Source: the human T2T-CHM13v2.0 reference genome, Homo sapiens. From it: a stretch of 64,000 nucleotides of DNA. Position 1 is the first letter of the stretch, and every line of letters starts with the position of its first letter. A program made the position numbers and the translations under genes. Shown piece after piece: positions 28,191 through 40,797 of the stretch. The stretch lies in the NCBI RefSeq assembly GCF_009914755.1, contig NC_060926.1, one strand, 5' to 3'. A model generated the notes under the pieces. That model made no database searches. It was not told where the DNA came from and was given only the letters and a program-made list of their open reading frames with translations.

Positions 28191-28355
28191 GTCTTGGCCA
28201 ACAAGAGCCACCTCTGGGTGGAGGAGGAGGTCTGGCGGATGGAGATCTACCTCTCCCTGGGAGTGCTGGCCCTCGGCACGTTGTCCCTGCTGGCCGTGAC
28301 CTCACTGCCGTCCATTGCAAACTCGCTCAACTGGAGGGAGTTCAGCTTCGTTCAG
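28191..28355 (+). CDS. STEAP3: STEAP3 coding exon (TM4 region)
   Basis: tccatgtcAG acceptor, CAG|GTAAAG donor, 165 nt. Translates [24 protein letters not shown]...[11 protein letters not shown]. Confidence 0.98.
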
Positions 28356-29113
28356 GTAAAGTAGTCTCTAGTCTGCCAGCCAGCTTCAGCGTGGCCCTGG
28401 CCCACCTCTCATGAGTAAGTGCTCTGCCTTTGAGAACTGCCTGGGCTCTGATCATCTGCACAGCAGGACCACTCGGTGAGATGCCAGGCCTTCCTGACCC
28501 AGAGGGCCCATCCAAGCCTCTTGATAGGGGCTGCCTGCTACAAGCTTAACCTCCCAACACATGAGGAAGCCAGACACAGGCATGTGAAAAAATTACAGAC
28601 CAGGACACTGAGCCCTGGGTCCACCATTCTCAAGCTTCTAGAATTCTTGAGCTTTCCAAACAAAATTGAATGACATGAAGTCATTGGACATTTTGCTGGT
28701 CTAGGTAGGAGTCATCATCTACCTAGACATCCATCTAGGTAGGAGTCTAGGGAGTGAGCGAGCCTAGCCCACCACCCTCCACCCCTCATCTCAACCTGGC
28801 TCTGTTGTTCCCCTTAACCCCTTGATTCATGCAGCGTGGATGAGACACAAGCATTAGGACCCCAGTTTATAGGGGATGCGACACAGCTTTTTCCCAAGGA
28901 TGCCATTCCTATGAAAAAATCCAGAAAAAGGAGGTCTGTCATCAGATGAATTTGAGAAAAGATTTACTTCCCCCTAAGAGATCACAATGCACTTTGGCAC
29001 ATCAAAGATTCGAATAACATCTACAACAAACAAACCTTTGTTAATCAGACTTATTGGAGTGTTAGCACCCTCCCCCTCCTTTTTTCCAAATAACAGCTAT
29101 CAGCACTCCACAA

Positions 29114-29268
29114 GCTGGGCGCTGTGGCATGTGGCTGGGATCCCAGCTACTAACAGAGGCTGAGGTGGGAGAATCACTTGAGCTTGAGCGATTCTTCCAG
29201 GAGTTAGAAGTTCAAGTGTCCAGCCTGGACATCATAGCAAGACCTTGCCTCTTAAAAAAAAAAAAAAT
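29114..29268 (+). mobile_element. FLAM/Alu monomer
   Basis: Single monomer with poly(A); flanked by actccaca repeats. Confidence 0.85.
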
Positions 29269-30964
29269 ACTCCACAGAACATACTCTGGGAAATGCTGCT
29301 AGTGGCAAAAGTTTCTTTTTGCATTTGTTCATTCAACAAACATTTATTGAGCACTTACTGCAGGCCAGGCATCCTGCTAGGCCTGTGATGCAATAGAGAA
29401 CAAGACAGGCAGAGCCATCTTTCCATGATAAAGGAAACGGAGGCAGGGACATTGTTTACATTTCTTTGGCATCTCCCACTGTTCTCCACACAGAATCTGC
29501 GGTCAGTGTTGGCGGATTAACTCCTCCCCTCCCATGAGTGGGAGCTGACTAATGCTGTATCCTGCCATTGTAACAGGGCAGAGAACAGCCATCCTATCCA
29601 CCCCCACTATCAACAGAAATCTGTGCAGGGAGGACGTGGTACAGGACTCAGGGACAGTGACAGCGTAATGCTCTTACGTAATCCAAATTAATTGCTCCTG
29701 ACCAGGGATGCTTCACATCCATTGGAACAACACAGAGTTGTAGCCGTGTGTTTTTTAAAGTGTGTCTGCCTCTGAATCTCCCTGGCTCTGCTCATCTCAG
29801 AAGGTCCCTGGAGGAGGGCTCATGGCTGACACATGTTAGCATACGAGAAGGGGAAGAATTTTATTTATCTGCCACTAATCCCCATGTGTCTCATACCCAA
29901 ATCTAGGATTTTCCTCTTCCCACCTGGAGTATCCGGCGTGCATGGTTTATCCACAATTAAAGCAGACTGCAGGCTGCTCCCCTCACCAGAAAGCCGCTCC
30001 CTTAAGCAGCCATAGATTACATGCCCTGGCTCTGCCTGCCAGAGAAAGCCGGTGGATTTGATTTTGTTAGCAAGAGCTGACTGAGACCCTAGCAGCTGCA
30101 TTCTACTTTACATATTAAAGAGTGGAAATACAAATAGGACAGTCCTTTTGCCACTGCAAGAGCAGGGGGGGTTAGGTGGGTAGAAAGGCAGGATTTTACT
30201 TGTGGAAATCAGTGCCTGCCTTCCATCCACAAAAACCAGATGTCAATATGGAGGAGGCACATGTCAGCGGCGCCTGGGAAGCCTGAGTTCCAGCTTTCCC
30301 TCCCCACAACCCTGCTCTGTAACTGTGGGCAGAGCATGTCTGCTCCAAGAGCCTCAGTTTACACCCCTGAAAAATGGAGTTAATGCCTTACAGGGATTTT
30401 ATGAGCCACAGTAAGAGATTATGTGTGAAAGAAAAATAAAAAGCATTTTGCTATTATTCTTAGGGTATCTGGCCACATTTCCATTATCTCTGACTAAGGT
30501 ACCAACCACCGATTTCTGAGTTCAGTAGGAGACAGTGAGATAGAGGCCAAGGAACCCCAACCCTGGGCCTAAAAGTGGTCCAGTCAGTGTTTGCAAACTG
30601 GCGGACACTCACTAGTGGGTCATGCAATTGATTCCATGGATCACAAGCAGCATTTTAAAAATGAAATAAAATAGAATGACAAAGAAAACAGTGGAGTGTT
30701 TTGCATGGTGTCGGGATACTTTTTCAGTTATATGGAATTGCTAGTTTTATTTGCAAATGTAGCATACCTCGTTGTCTACCGGACAGCAGAGTAAAACATG
30801 GTTCTTACTGTGAGTCCCTGTCAAATAGGCTGAAGCCAGAGCCCTCTTGGAGAAACAGAGATAACCCAGGCCTGCCTCCCATCCGTGGACTCAGATGCTG
30901 AGGGATGGCTCTGGCAGTCTATTTTTGCAGCTCCCTAAGTGACTGATAGGTGCGCATGCCGCAG

Positions 30965-31153
30965 TGTGTGGCAACTTCCAGTGCAGGAAACACAGGCAGT
31001 GGAACCCGAAGACCTGAATCTCAGTCCCAAGACCCCCACTTACCTGCCCCGCATCATCAGACAAGTTTCCTAGGCCCTCGGAGCTTCTGCTGCTCACTTG
31101 TGCCTGTGTCCACCCCATATGGTCATCAAGAGGATTTGAGCTGGACACGTTAA
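30965..31153 (+). CDS. STEAP3: Probable alternative STEAP3 cassette exon (exon 30965-31196) giving a 62-aa alternative C-terminus
   Basis: cgcAG|TGT acceptor in phase 0 with the previous exon; ORF CVATSSAGNTGSG...EDLSWTR*; strong GAG|GTAAGC donor at 31196/31197. I recall a STEAP3 isoform with this tail but could not verify it. Confidence 0.6.
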   Translation, partial: CVATSSAGNTGSGTRRPESQSQDPHLPAPHHQTSFLGPRSFCCSLVPVSTPYGHQEDLSWTR

Positions 31154-31355
31154 ATGCAGGATGCGTGCAGCCAACAGTGGCATGCTGGCTTTTGAGGTAA
31201 GCTGCAACCTTCTCCTTTAAAGTTAGCGTGGCTAGTGAGAAGTTACCTGAGCCCCATCACCCTCCCCTACACACATGTCCACAGCAGACACCAGGCTATG
31301 GGGACAGCCATGGTTCTTGAGGGGCCTTGGCTGACCCCTAGATCTGTAATGCTTT

Positions 31356-31976
31356 TGTTACCGGAAAAGGGTCCCGATCCAGACCCCAAGAGAGGGTTAT
31401 TGGACCTCACGCGAGAAAGAATTCAGGACCTGTCCATAGAGTAAAGTGAAAGCAAGTTTATTAAGAAAGCAAAGGAATAAAAGAATGGCTACTCCATAGT
31501 CAGAGCAGCGGCATGGCTGCTCAGCTGCTTATACTTATTGTTACTTCTTGATTATATGCTGAACGAGGGGTGGATTATTCATGAGTTTTCCAGGAAAGGG
31601 ATGGCAATTCCCAGAACTAAGGGTTCCTTACCTTTTTAGACCATATAGGGTAACTTCCTGACATTGCCATGGCATTTGTAAACTGACATGGCGCTAGTGG
31701 GAGTGTTTTTTAACATGCGAATGCATTATAATTAGTGTATAATGAGCAACGAGGTCACTCTCGTTGCCATGTTGGTTTTGGTGCTTTTGGCTGGCTTCTT
31801 TACTGCAAGCTGTTTTATCAGCAAGGTATTTATGACCTGTATCCTGAGCCGACCTCCTATGTCATCCCGTGACTAGCAACGTTTAACCTCCTGGGAATGC
31901 AGCCCAGTAGGTCTCAGCCTCATTTTACCCAGCCCCCCATTCAGGTGAAGTCTCTCTGGTTTGAACACCTCAGACA
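31356..31976 (-). mobile_element. MER41 (MER41B-like) ERV1 solo LTR
   Basis: The reverse complement starts tgtctgaggtgttcaaaccagagagacttcacctgaat...gaggctgagacctactgggctgcattcccaggag (MER41 5' end). TG..CA termini, ~620 bp, minus-strand AATAAA at ~31458. Confidence 0.88.
31588..31616. promoter_or_regulatory. Tandem GAS (STAT) motifs TTCCAGGAA and TTCCCAGAA inside MER41
   Basis: Two TTCN3GAA matches at 31588-31596 and 31608-31616. Function is inferred. Confidence 0.6.
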
Positions 31977-32000
31977 CTTCGTTTAGCTAAAAACCATTGA

Positions 32001-32425
<425 letters not shown>

Positions 32426-33499
32426 CTTCCTTTGGGTATTTTTTTGTTATTGTTTTGGTTTGGTTTGGGTTGTGCTAAGTGTTTCAATTCAGCCAGTTAA
32501 ACATTGTTAGATATTAGACTGCAAAATACTCCAGTCAGAGCAGCTCACCTGCGCAGAAAAATGAGGGTTCAGCTTTTAGAACCTAAGTTCTTTCCCAGAG
32601 TTAGAGGAACTGCCTGTGACCTTGCCCACTCCAGCCACCTGCCTGAAATAATGACAAGACCAGCCTGACCCCAGCTTCATGAGCAATTGTCCAAAGCCCC
32701 TTTGTGCCGTAGTAATTGAGCACCAGCAGGAGCTACAACGACCTGGCTGTTTCTTTTTTGCTAACAAGCTTACGTATAATAAAAATGGCTCTAGCTTGGG
32801 GATCTTATTAATCGCCTCATGACAATCCCTCTCCTTTTGGGCTTCTTTGGGTTCTGGGATTTTTAAATTGTTCCCAAGGAGAGTTTTTGGGAAACAAACT
32901 CCCTGGAATCATGCAGGCTTCCCACTGGGACAGGAAAGTCAAAGGCCCTTTGTTATTGGCTGGCCTTTGGCTGTCAGCCCTTGCTATGAACCACTGGCCT
33001 GAGGCTGGAACTTCCTGCTGTCTGCACCATGGGATTTTGAATGGCACAAGAATGAGGCTATATGAACAGGAGGAGCTGACTGCCACTGGTGGGCCTGGGA
33101 GCAGCGTCTCCACACTGTCCCTGTGCAGAGCCCAGAGTGCCCAGCAAAATTCATCACTCTCCAGATCAGGGGCTGGGGACAGTGGCCCACACAGACCAAA
33201 CACTGGAGCTACAGGGCATGTCACCCGAGGGAGATGCAAAGACCTCACTGGGGCTACTAAGGCTGGCTTTCCAGGCCTGGATGGGCTCCCATTGCTGCAC
33301 CTCCTGGGAAAGCCCACGACACAGAGGTGGGCGCCAAAAGGCTCTCAGTGGGGCTTTGTCTAAGGAACAGATAGGTCCAGGTCTTCCTCAGGCAAGTGAC
33401 CTGAGCAGAGGGGCCCGTGTGGACTTTTCACCCTGAAGCTAGAAGGGTGTGGTGACGACAGTCTCCTAAATGAGTGGCTTTAGTCCTAGCTGCCCATCA

Positions 33500-33645
33500 G
33501 CCTCATCCGCCGAACCTTAAAAAACAACAGATGCCCCGCCCCAAACCAACTTAATCTGAATTTCTGGAAGTGGGGTTTGGGCACTAGTATTTTACCCAAG
33601 CTCCCCGGGTGATTCTAATGTGTAGCAAGGTTTGAAAACCACAGT
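33500..33645. mobile_element. MER5-type fragment
   Basis: ctccccgggtgattctaatgtgtagcaaggtttgaaaaccac resembles the MER5 terminus. Confidence 0.65.
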
Positions 33646-33808
33646 CTAAAAGCCACAGACTGTTAAACTCTTGGGGATAAAGGGCATCACCCAGCCATCT
33701 TGGCAACACCAATAAGTCCACAATGAGGAGGGGTGGGAGGGCCCACAGTTAGTTAGGGCTGGGCACCTGGCTGGGGAACATCAGGGTGATTGACTTCAAG
33801 ACTTACTC

Positions 33809-34098
33809 TTTTTTTTTTTTTTCTTTTTTTTTGAGACGGAATTTCACTCTTGTTGCCCAGGCTGGAGTGCAATGGCGTGATTTTGGCTCACTGCAACATC
33901 CACCTCCTGGGTTCAAGCGAGTAGCTGGGATTACAGGCATGCGCCACCACACCTGGCTAATTTTGTATTTTTAGTAGAGACGGGGACGGGGTTTATCCAT
34001 GTCGGTCAGGCTGGTCTTGAACTCCCAACCTCAGGTGATCTGCCCGCCTCGGCCTCCCAAAGTGCTGGGATTACAGGCGTGAGCCACCGCACCCAGCC
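33809..34098 (-). mobile_element. AluS with a small internal deletion
   Basis: TSD aagacttactctt / aagacttattctt; lacks ttctcctgcctcagcctcccg. Confidence 0.93.
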
Positions 34099-35837
34099 AA
34101 GACTTATTCTTGATGGTCAGTGCTGGGGACTTTTTTAACCACAGTCTTCCACACTAAGAGATTAGAATTTAGAAAAGTTGGGGTGGCTCAGAAGTTGCAG
34201 GGGATTTGGAATTCTTGACAGACACTTCTGGAAGTGGCAAGGATTTGCTTATGTGCAACTGACAGTCAAGGAGTCTTCTCTTTGGGAGGTGACCACATTA
34301 AAATGATAGGAATTCACTGTGGGTGACAGCATAAAGCCAATCGTGGCTTCCTCACTCTTCGTGGTGAGCCAGAAGTTGTTAAAGACTGGGCCAAGAAGAT
34401 TCCAAAAATGGACACAAAGCCAAGAAGAACCAGAGAGGGTGAGGAAGGATAGAGAAGGTTTTATTTGGTTATTTTACTTGGGCCCAAGAATGTTGAACGT
34501 GAGAACCTGTCTGTGAAATTGTAGTGTGCAGCCATTGGAAAATGTTTATTATTATCTTTAGCAAAAGCTTTACAAGCAATTCTCCCACACCATGTTCTTT
34601 CACTCACTGACGTTCACTGTCCTGGTGTCTGTCCTGGAGCAGGAAATGAAGGGACACACACACACACACACCAGGGAGGAGCAAGAACGGGGCCCAATGT
34701 GGAATCAGACCCACTTAGAAACACTTCTGAGGGGAGTGCAAATGAGAAGCGTCTGTCAGCCGAGGCTCTGGATTGATGCCAACAAGCTGGGCTAGAAGGG
34801 AATCCAGGAGGCTCAGTCCATGCAGACCACCCAGAGGTCTCAGTGTGCCGCCACACTTAAATTACACCCTCGCAATGTCTCCTTGGAGAAAATGCATATG
34901 TGTTCATTGCTTGATGGGTCATCGCTATTTCCATCCCTGTGTAATAGACGTGGGAGGTCTCTCCCAAAGCTCTCAGTGGCTCACCAGTGCTAGCAGAATT
35001 CAGTCAGAGCACCCCTGTGCCACGACTCCCTCGCTCTCGGTGCCCTCTGCTGTGTCACTTGCCTGCCCTGTCTAGGGGACTAGATGGAGGCTACTGCAAC
35101 TACTCAGCGCTTCCCCCTCTGACTTTAGCTTTGGAAATTACTTATCTCCCACTGAAGTTGATTAAGTCGCCTGCCCAGGGTTCATATCAGTTGAACCAGC
35201 ACCAACAGTAGAACCTGCATCTCTTCCTTCGTGGTCCACGAGAACTCGTACATGCCAAGAGGCTGGAGTCATAGAGCAGCACTTCCCAGCCATTTTCACA
35301 TTGCATCTCTTACAGAAAGTCATGCTTTGGGTGGTGGATCAGCCACTCTCGGCTGGAAGTGACCCACAAAAGCCCACACATTGTTCAAGGGGTGTGAAGC
35401 TCCATTGTAAAATGGCCGGGACCATTTCCATTTAGAGTTGGGATGGTCTCTTCTCCCAACGGTCACTAATCTCCTCCAGATGGAAGAGTAGGCCCAGCGG
35501 GGTTTCCACCCGGGTTGTTTATAACCCAGTGTGGGGTGGGAGGTGAAGGTCTAGCATGCACAGAGGGCATCTGTGTGGTGTTCTGGGGCTTTCTATACGG
35601 TGCCAGGTCACCCAGACCACAGGCCCCGTGAGTCCCCTTCGCTACTGGTGCCAAATCCACGTGCCATCTGTAAATTATTTACTCTGCATTTATCTTCAAG
35701 CTAATTTAAAATCAATCCACTTTTTGTCTGATCTTAACTTAGGCCAAATGTTATCTGTGAAATTATGATTTTGGTATGCAAGCAGACACTTGTTACTCTA
35801 ATATACATTAAAATACACACATAACTAGTAAAATTTA

Positions 35838-36182
<345 letters not shown>

Positions 36183-36561
36183 TTAAATGTTTTTTAAACT
36201 TCTTTGAACTTAATTCCATCTGAAATCATCCAGCAGCCTCCAGAGATAACAAATAACAAAGTTAAGGAAAAAGCATGGTCATATAGTTATTGTATGGAAT
36301 CCGTGTGAATTGGTGGGTCCTTAGACACCTTCAGCATAGAAGCATTATTCCCATTTTCCTGTTGTGGAAGCTGAGGCACAGAGAGTTGAGAGTTATCATA
36401 AGATCACACTAAGAGAGTGACAGGACTGGGGTTCCAACCCATAGCGGTGAGTACTAAAGCCACCCTCCTTCCCCTCCGCCAGGCCAGCAGATGAGTCGTT
36501 GGCAGGATCACTGCATCTGTCATCCCCTCGCCCTCACTCCAGCCTTTTTTTCCCTCCACAG

Positions 36562-36843
36562 TCCTCACTGGGCTTTGTGGCCCTCGTGCTGAGCACACTG
36601 CACACGCTCACCTACGGCTGGACCCGCGCCTTCGAGGAGAGCCGCTACAAGTTCTACCTGCCTCCCACCTTCACGCTCACGCTGCTGGTGCCCTGCGTCG
36701 TCATCCTGGCCAAAGCCCTGTTTCTCCTGCCCTGCATCAGCCGCAGACTCGCCAGGATCCGGAGAGGCTGGGAGAGGGAGAGCACCATCAAGTTCACGCT
36801 GCCCACAGACCACGCCCTGGCCGAGAAGACGAGCCACGTATGA
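36562..36843 (+). CDS. STEAP3: STEAP3 last coding exon: TM5-TM6, heme ligand His409, stop codon
   Basis: tttttttccctccacAG acceptor. Translates [20 protein letters not shown]...[11 protein letters not shown], with TGA at 36841-36843. Total CDS 22+500+528+165+282=1497 nt. Confidence 0.98.
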
Positions 36844-39155
36844 GGTGCCTGCCCTGGGCTCTGGACCCCGGGCACACGAGGGACGGTGCCCTGAGCCCGT
36901 TAGGTTTTCTTTTCTTGGTGGTGCAAAGTGGTATAACTGTGTGCAAATAGGAGGTTTGAGGTCCAAATTCCTGGGACTCAAATGTATGCAGTACTATTCA
37001 GAATGATATACACACATATGTGTATATGTATTTACATATATTCCACATATATAACAGGATTTGCAATTATACATAGCTAGCTAAAAAGTTGGGTCTCTGA
37101 GATTTCAACTTGTAGATTTAAAAACAAGTGCCGTACGTTAAGAGAAGAGCAGATCATGCTATTGTGACATTTGCAGAGATATACACACACTTTTTGTACA
37201 GAAGAGGCTTGTGCTGTGGTGGGTTCGATTTATCCCTGCCCACCCCACCCCCACAACTTCCCTTTTGCTACTTCCCCAAGGCTCTTGCAGAGCTAGGGCT
37301 CTGAAGGGGAGGGAAGGCAACGGCTCTGCCCAGAGCCATCCCTGGAGCATGTGAGCAGCGGCTGGTCTCTTCCCTCCACCTGGGGCAGCAGCAGGAGGCC
37401 TGGGGAGGAGGAAAATCAGGCAGTCGGCCTGGAGTCTGTGCCTGGTCCTTTGCCCGGTGGTGGGAGGATGGAGGGATTGGGCTGAAGCTGCTCCACCTCA
37501 TCCTTGCTGAGTGGGGGAGACATTTTCCCTGAAAGTCAGAAGTCACCATAGAGCCTGCAAATGGATCCTCCTGTGAGAGTGACGTCACCTCCTTTCCAGA
37601 GCCATTAGTGAGCCTGGCTTGGGAACAAGTGTAATTTCCTTCCCTCCTTTAACCTGGCGATGAGCGTCCTTTAAACCACTGTGCCTTCTCACCCTTTCCA
37701 TCTTCAGTTTGAACGACTCCCAGGAAGGCCTAGAGCAGACCCTTTAGAAATCAGCCCAAGGGGGAGAGCAAGAGAAAACACTCTAGGGAGTAAAGCTCCC
37801 CGGGCGTCAGAGTTGAGCCCTGCCTGGGCTGAAGGACTGTCTTCAAGAAGTCAGTCCTGAGGAAAAATATTGGGGACTCCAAATGTCCTCTGGCAGAGGA
37901 CCCAGAAAACCACACTGGCTCCAACTTCCTCCTCATGGGGCATTACACTTCAAAACAGTGGGGAGCAACTTTTCCACCAAAGCTACAAACCTAAAATGCT
38001 GCTGCCCCAAAGCACAAGAGGGAAGAGCACCGCCGGGGCCACAGGACGTCTGTCCTCCAGTCACAGGCCATCCTTGCTGCTCCCTACTGACTCTAGCTTA
38101 CTTCCCCTGTGAAGAAACAGGTGTTCTCGGCTGAGCCCCCAACCCTCTGCAGAACCAGGTTGATCTGCCACAGAAAAAGCATCTTTGAAGACAAAGAGGG
38201 TGAGGTCTTCATGAGTCTCCTGGGCCCAAAGCCATCTTCTGATGGAAGGAAGAGAGTAGGGCCAGTGAAGGCTGCCCAGAGAGAATGTCACAGATGAGGC
38301 TGCCCCTGCCACCCCCCCCAGGGAGGTTTCATGAGCTCATGTCTATGCAGCACATAAGGGTTCTTCAGTGAAAAGCAGGAGAAGAGCCCACTGCAAGGAT
38401 AGCTCATTAGGCACATGACCGATGCAGGGAAGGCCATGCCGGGGAAGCTCTTCCTGCAGGTATTTTCCATCTGCTGTGCCAAGGCTGAGCGGCAGAAACT
38501 TGTCTCATAAATTGGCACTGATGGAGCATCAGCTGTGGCCCACAGAGAGCCTTGCTGAGAAGGGGGCAGGTAAAGCAGAGATTTTAGCATTGCCTTGGCA
38601 TAACAAGGGCCCATCGATTCCCTACTAATGAGAGGCAGGGAGAGCATGGGCAATGGAGACCCACCAATGATCCCCAACCCCGGTGGGTACTGGCTGCCTG
38701 CCCTGGGCCAGGGAATGGCTCCTTATACCAAAGATGCTGGCACATAGCAGAACCCAGTGCACGTCCTCCCCTTCCCACCCACCTCTGGCTGAAGGTGCTC
38801 AAGAGGGAAGCAATTATAAGGTGGGTGGCAGGAGGGAACAGGTGCCACCTGCTGGACAATCACACGAAAGGCAGGCGGGCTGTGTACTGGGCCCTGACTG
38901 TGCGTCCACTGCTGTCTTCCCTACCTCACCAGGCTACTGGCAGCAGCATCCCGAGAGCACATCATCTCCACAGCCTGGTAAATTCCATGTGCCTCTGGGT
39001 ACAAAAGTGCCTCAACGACATGCTCTGGAAATCCCAAATGCCACAGTCTGAGGTTGATATCTAAAATCTATGCCTTCAAAAGAGTCTCTGTTTTTTTTTT
39101 TTAACCTGGTAGACGGTATAAAAGCAGTGCAAATAAACACCTAACCTTCTGCAAA
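36844..39155 (+). other. STEAP3: STEAP3 3'UTR (~2.3 kb)
   Basis: Largely repeat-free sequence from the stop codon to the first AATAAA I found. The end coordinate is approximate. Confidence 0.75.
39132..39137 (+). terminator. Polyadenylation signal AATAAA of STEAP3
   Basis: AATAAA with a U-rich tract upstream (39091-39102) and a U-rich element downstream (cttttatttct). Confidence 0.8.
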
Positions 39156-40746
39156 CTTCAGGCTTTTATTTCTGCCATGTAGATCACGTATCCATTCGTC
39201 CACTGACTCGAGAAGCCTTCAGCTTGGAGCCTGCTCTCAGGCAGGCAGTGTGCAAGGACTTGGGACTGCCAAGGTGAACACAGTGATCTGTGCTAGAGCT
39301 GGCCAATGAGGAAGGGCAGATGTGCAGACCTAAGGGACTAAGGGACATGCCAGGGAGGAAATGGGCAAGATCCAGGTGACAGAGTGTCGGGTGGGGGTGT
39401 GGGGATGTGAAAAGGTGGCTTCCTGGAGTGGTCTGAAGGCTGAGGCCTCGGTGCAGGTAAAAGCAGCAGAGCTTCTTGAATTATAATGTGCCTGGGAGTC
39501 ACCTAGGAATGTGGTTCGAATGCGGGTTCTGATTTGTGGTCTGGGGTGAGGCATGAGACTGTGCATTTCTAATAAGCTCCTGGGTGACCTGTATGGTGAT
39601 GATCCTCGGACACTCCGACCGACAAGAGCTTAGATGGCATTCTTTGCCTCTGCTGTGCTTAGTCTATGGCACACTAATCTGTACACACACATCTCTGTCC
39701 CCTCAATCCTCCCCATGAGCCTGCATTCCCCTGGCAGCCCTGGCAAGGTACACGTCTGTACAATGCTATCTATGACCCCCGTGTTCTCTTAAAGGCAGAG
39801 GGAGAAACACTCCATCTTGGAGCCACAGCCTTGCACTTTGTGCTTCACGAGGGCTGCGGCACATTGGCCCTGGGTCCATCAGGAAAACAAAAGGAGCTCT
39901 CTTCAGAGACCACCCAACTACCATGCAGCCGAGCCTTCCTGCTGAAGCAACCAGACTGCCTTATGGTACAGGGCAAGGGGGCAAGAAACCCAGTGCAGAA
40001 AGTGGTCTAGTGGCTAAAAACCATTTCTTGGGAACAATAACCAAAATACAGCCCTGCCATTTTGAGTTCATTATAAGGATTTTCCAAAGAAAGAACCATG
40101 GCCAGTAAATACATTCATGACAAACAATTTTCAAGGTGAAAAGCATCTTGTCCTTGGAGGTTTACTTTTCTCCTCTGTGTCCTCCCATGCATAAAGCTGA
40201 GAGAGTTAACTTTACAAAGAAGTAATCAAATAGATGAAAAATACCCCCTACCAAGGTAGCCCATGTAAGAACTAAGGAACCACCAAAATCACGCATATCA
40301 GTTCAGGAGAGAAAGTTATCATTTAGCTGTTTGACACGTTGAATCTTTTCCAAAAGCAATGAAGCTAGTTCTTGGAGTGCAGAAGCTCTCTTGTGCTGGG
40401 CCACTTCCCTGGTCTCAACCAAGAGAGAGTTGGCTCCACTAAAGCAGAAATTCTCAGTCCCATCCACAATCACTGACTTCTTCTAACAAGTCTTCTGAAA
40501 ATCTCTTTACTAATTTCTGAAATGAAATTCAGAAATAATATAACCTACCTATGCATATAATTTTTAAAATCAGTGTAAGGTCTAAATTGAAACATAAAGT
40601 AGAAATAATTTACACTAATACATATATAACATTAATAATGAATAATTATTATATTAATAGCCTTACAATAAATAAATTGGTTTTTAAATACAGTATATTC
40701 AACTAAACATTGTTGGCTCATTTGTAGCTGACATTTTAAGATAAAA

Positions 40747-40747
<1 letters not shown>

Positions 40748-40794
<47 letters not shown>
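40748..40794. repeat. (GT)n microsatellite (~22 units)
   Basis: Read directly from the sequence. Confidence 0.97.

Positions 40795-40797
<3 letters not shown>

Noticed and set aside
36844-39155. Possible iron-responsive element in the 3'UTR (CAGTG occurrences)
   Set aside because: By eye, none has a 5-bp upper stem with a bulged C. Not tested computationally.
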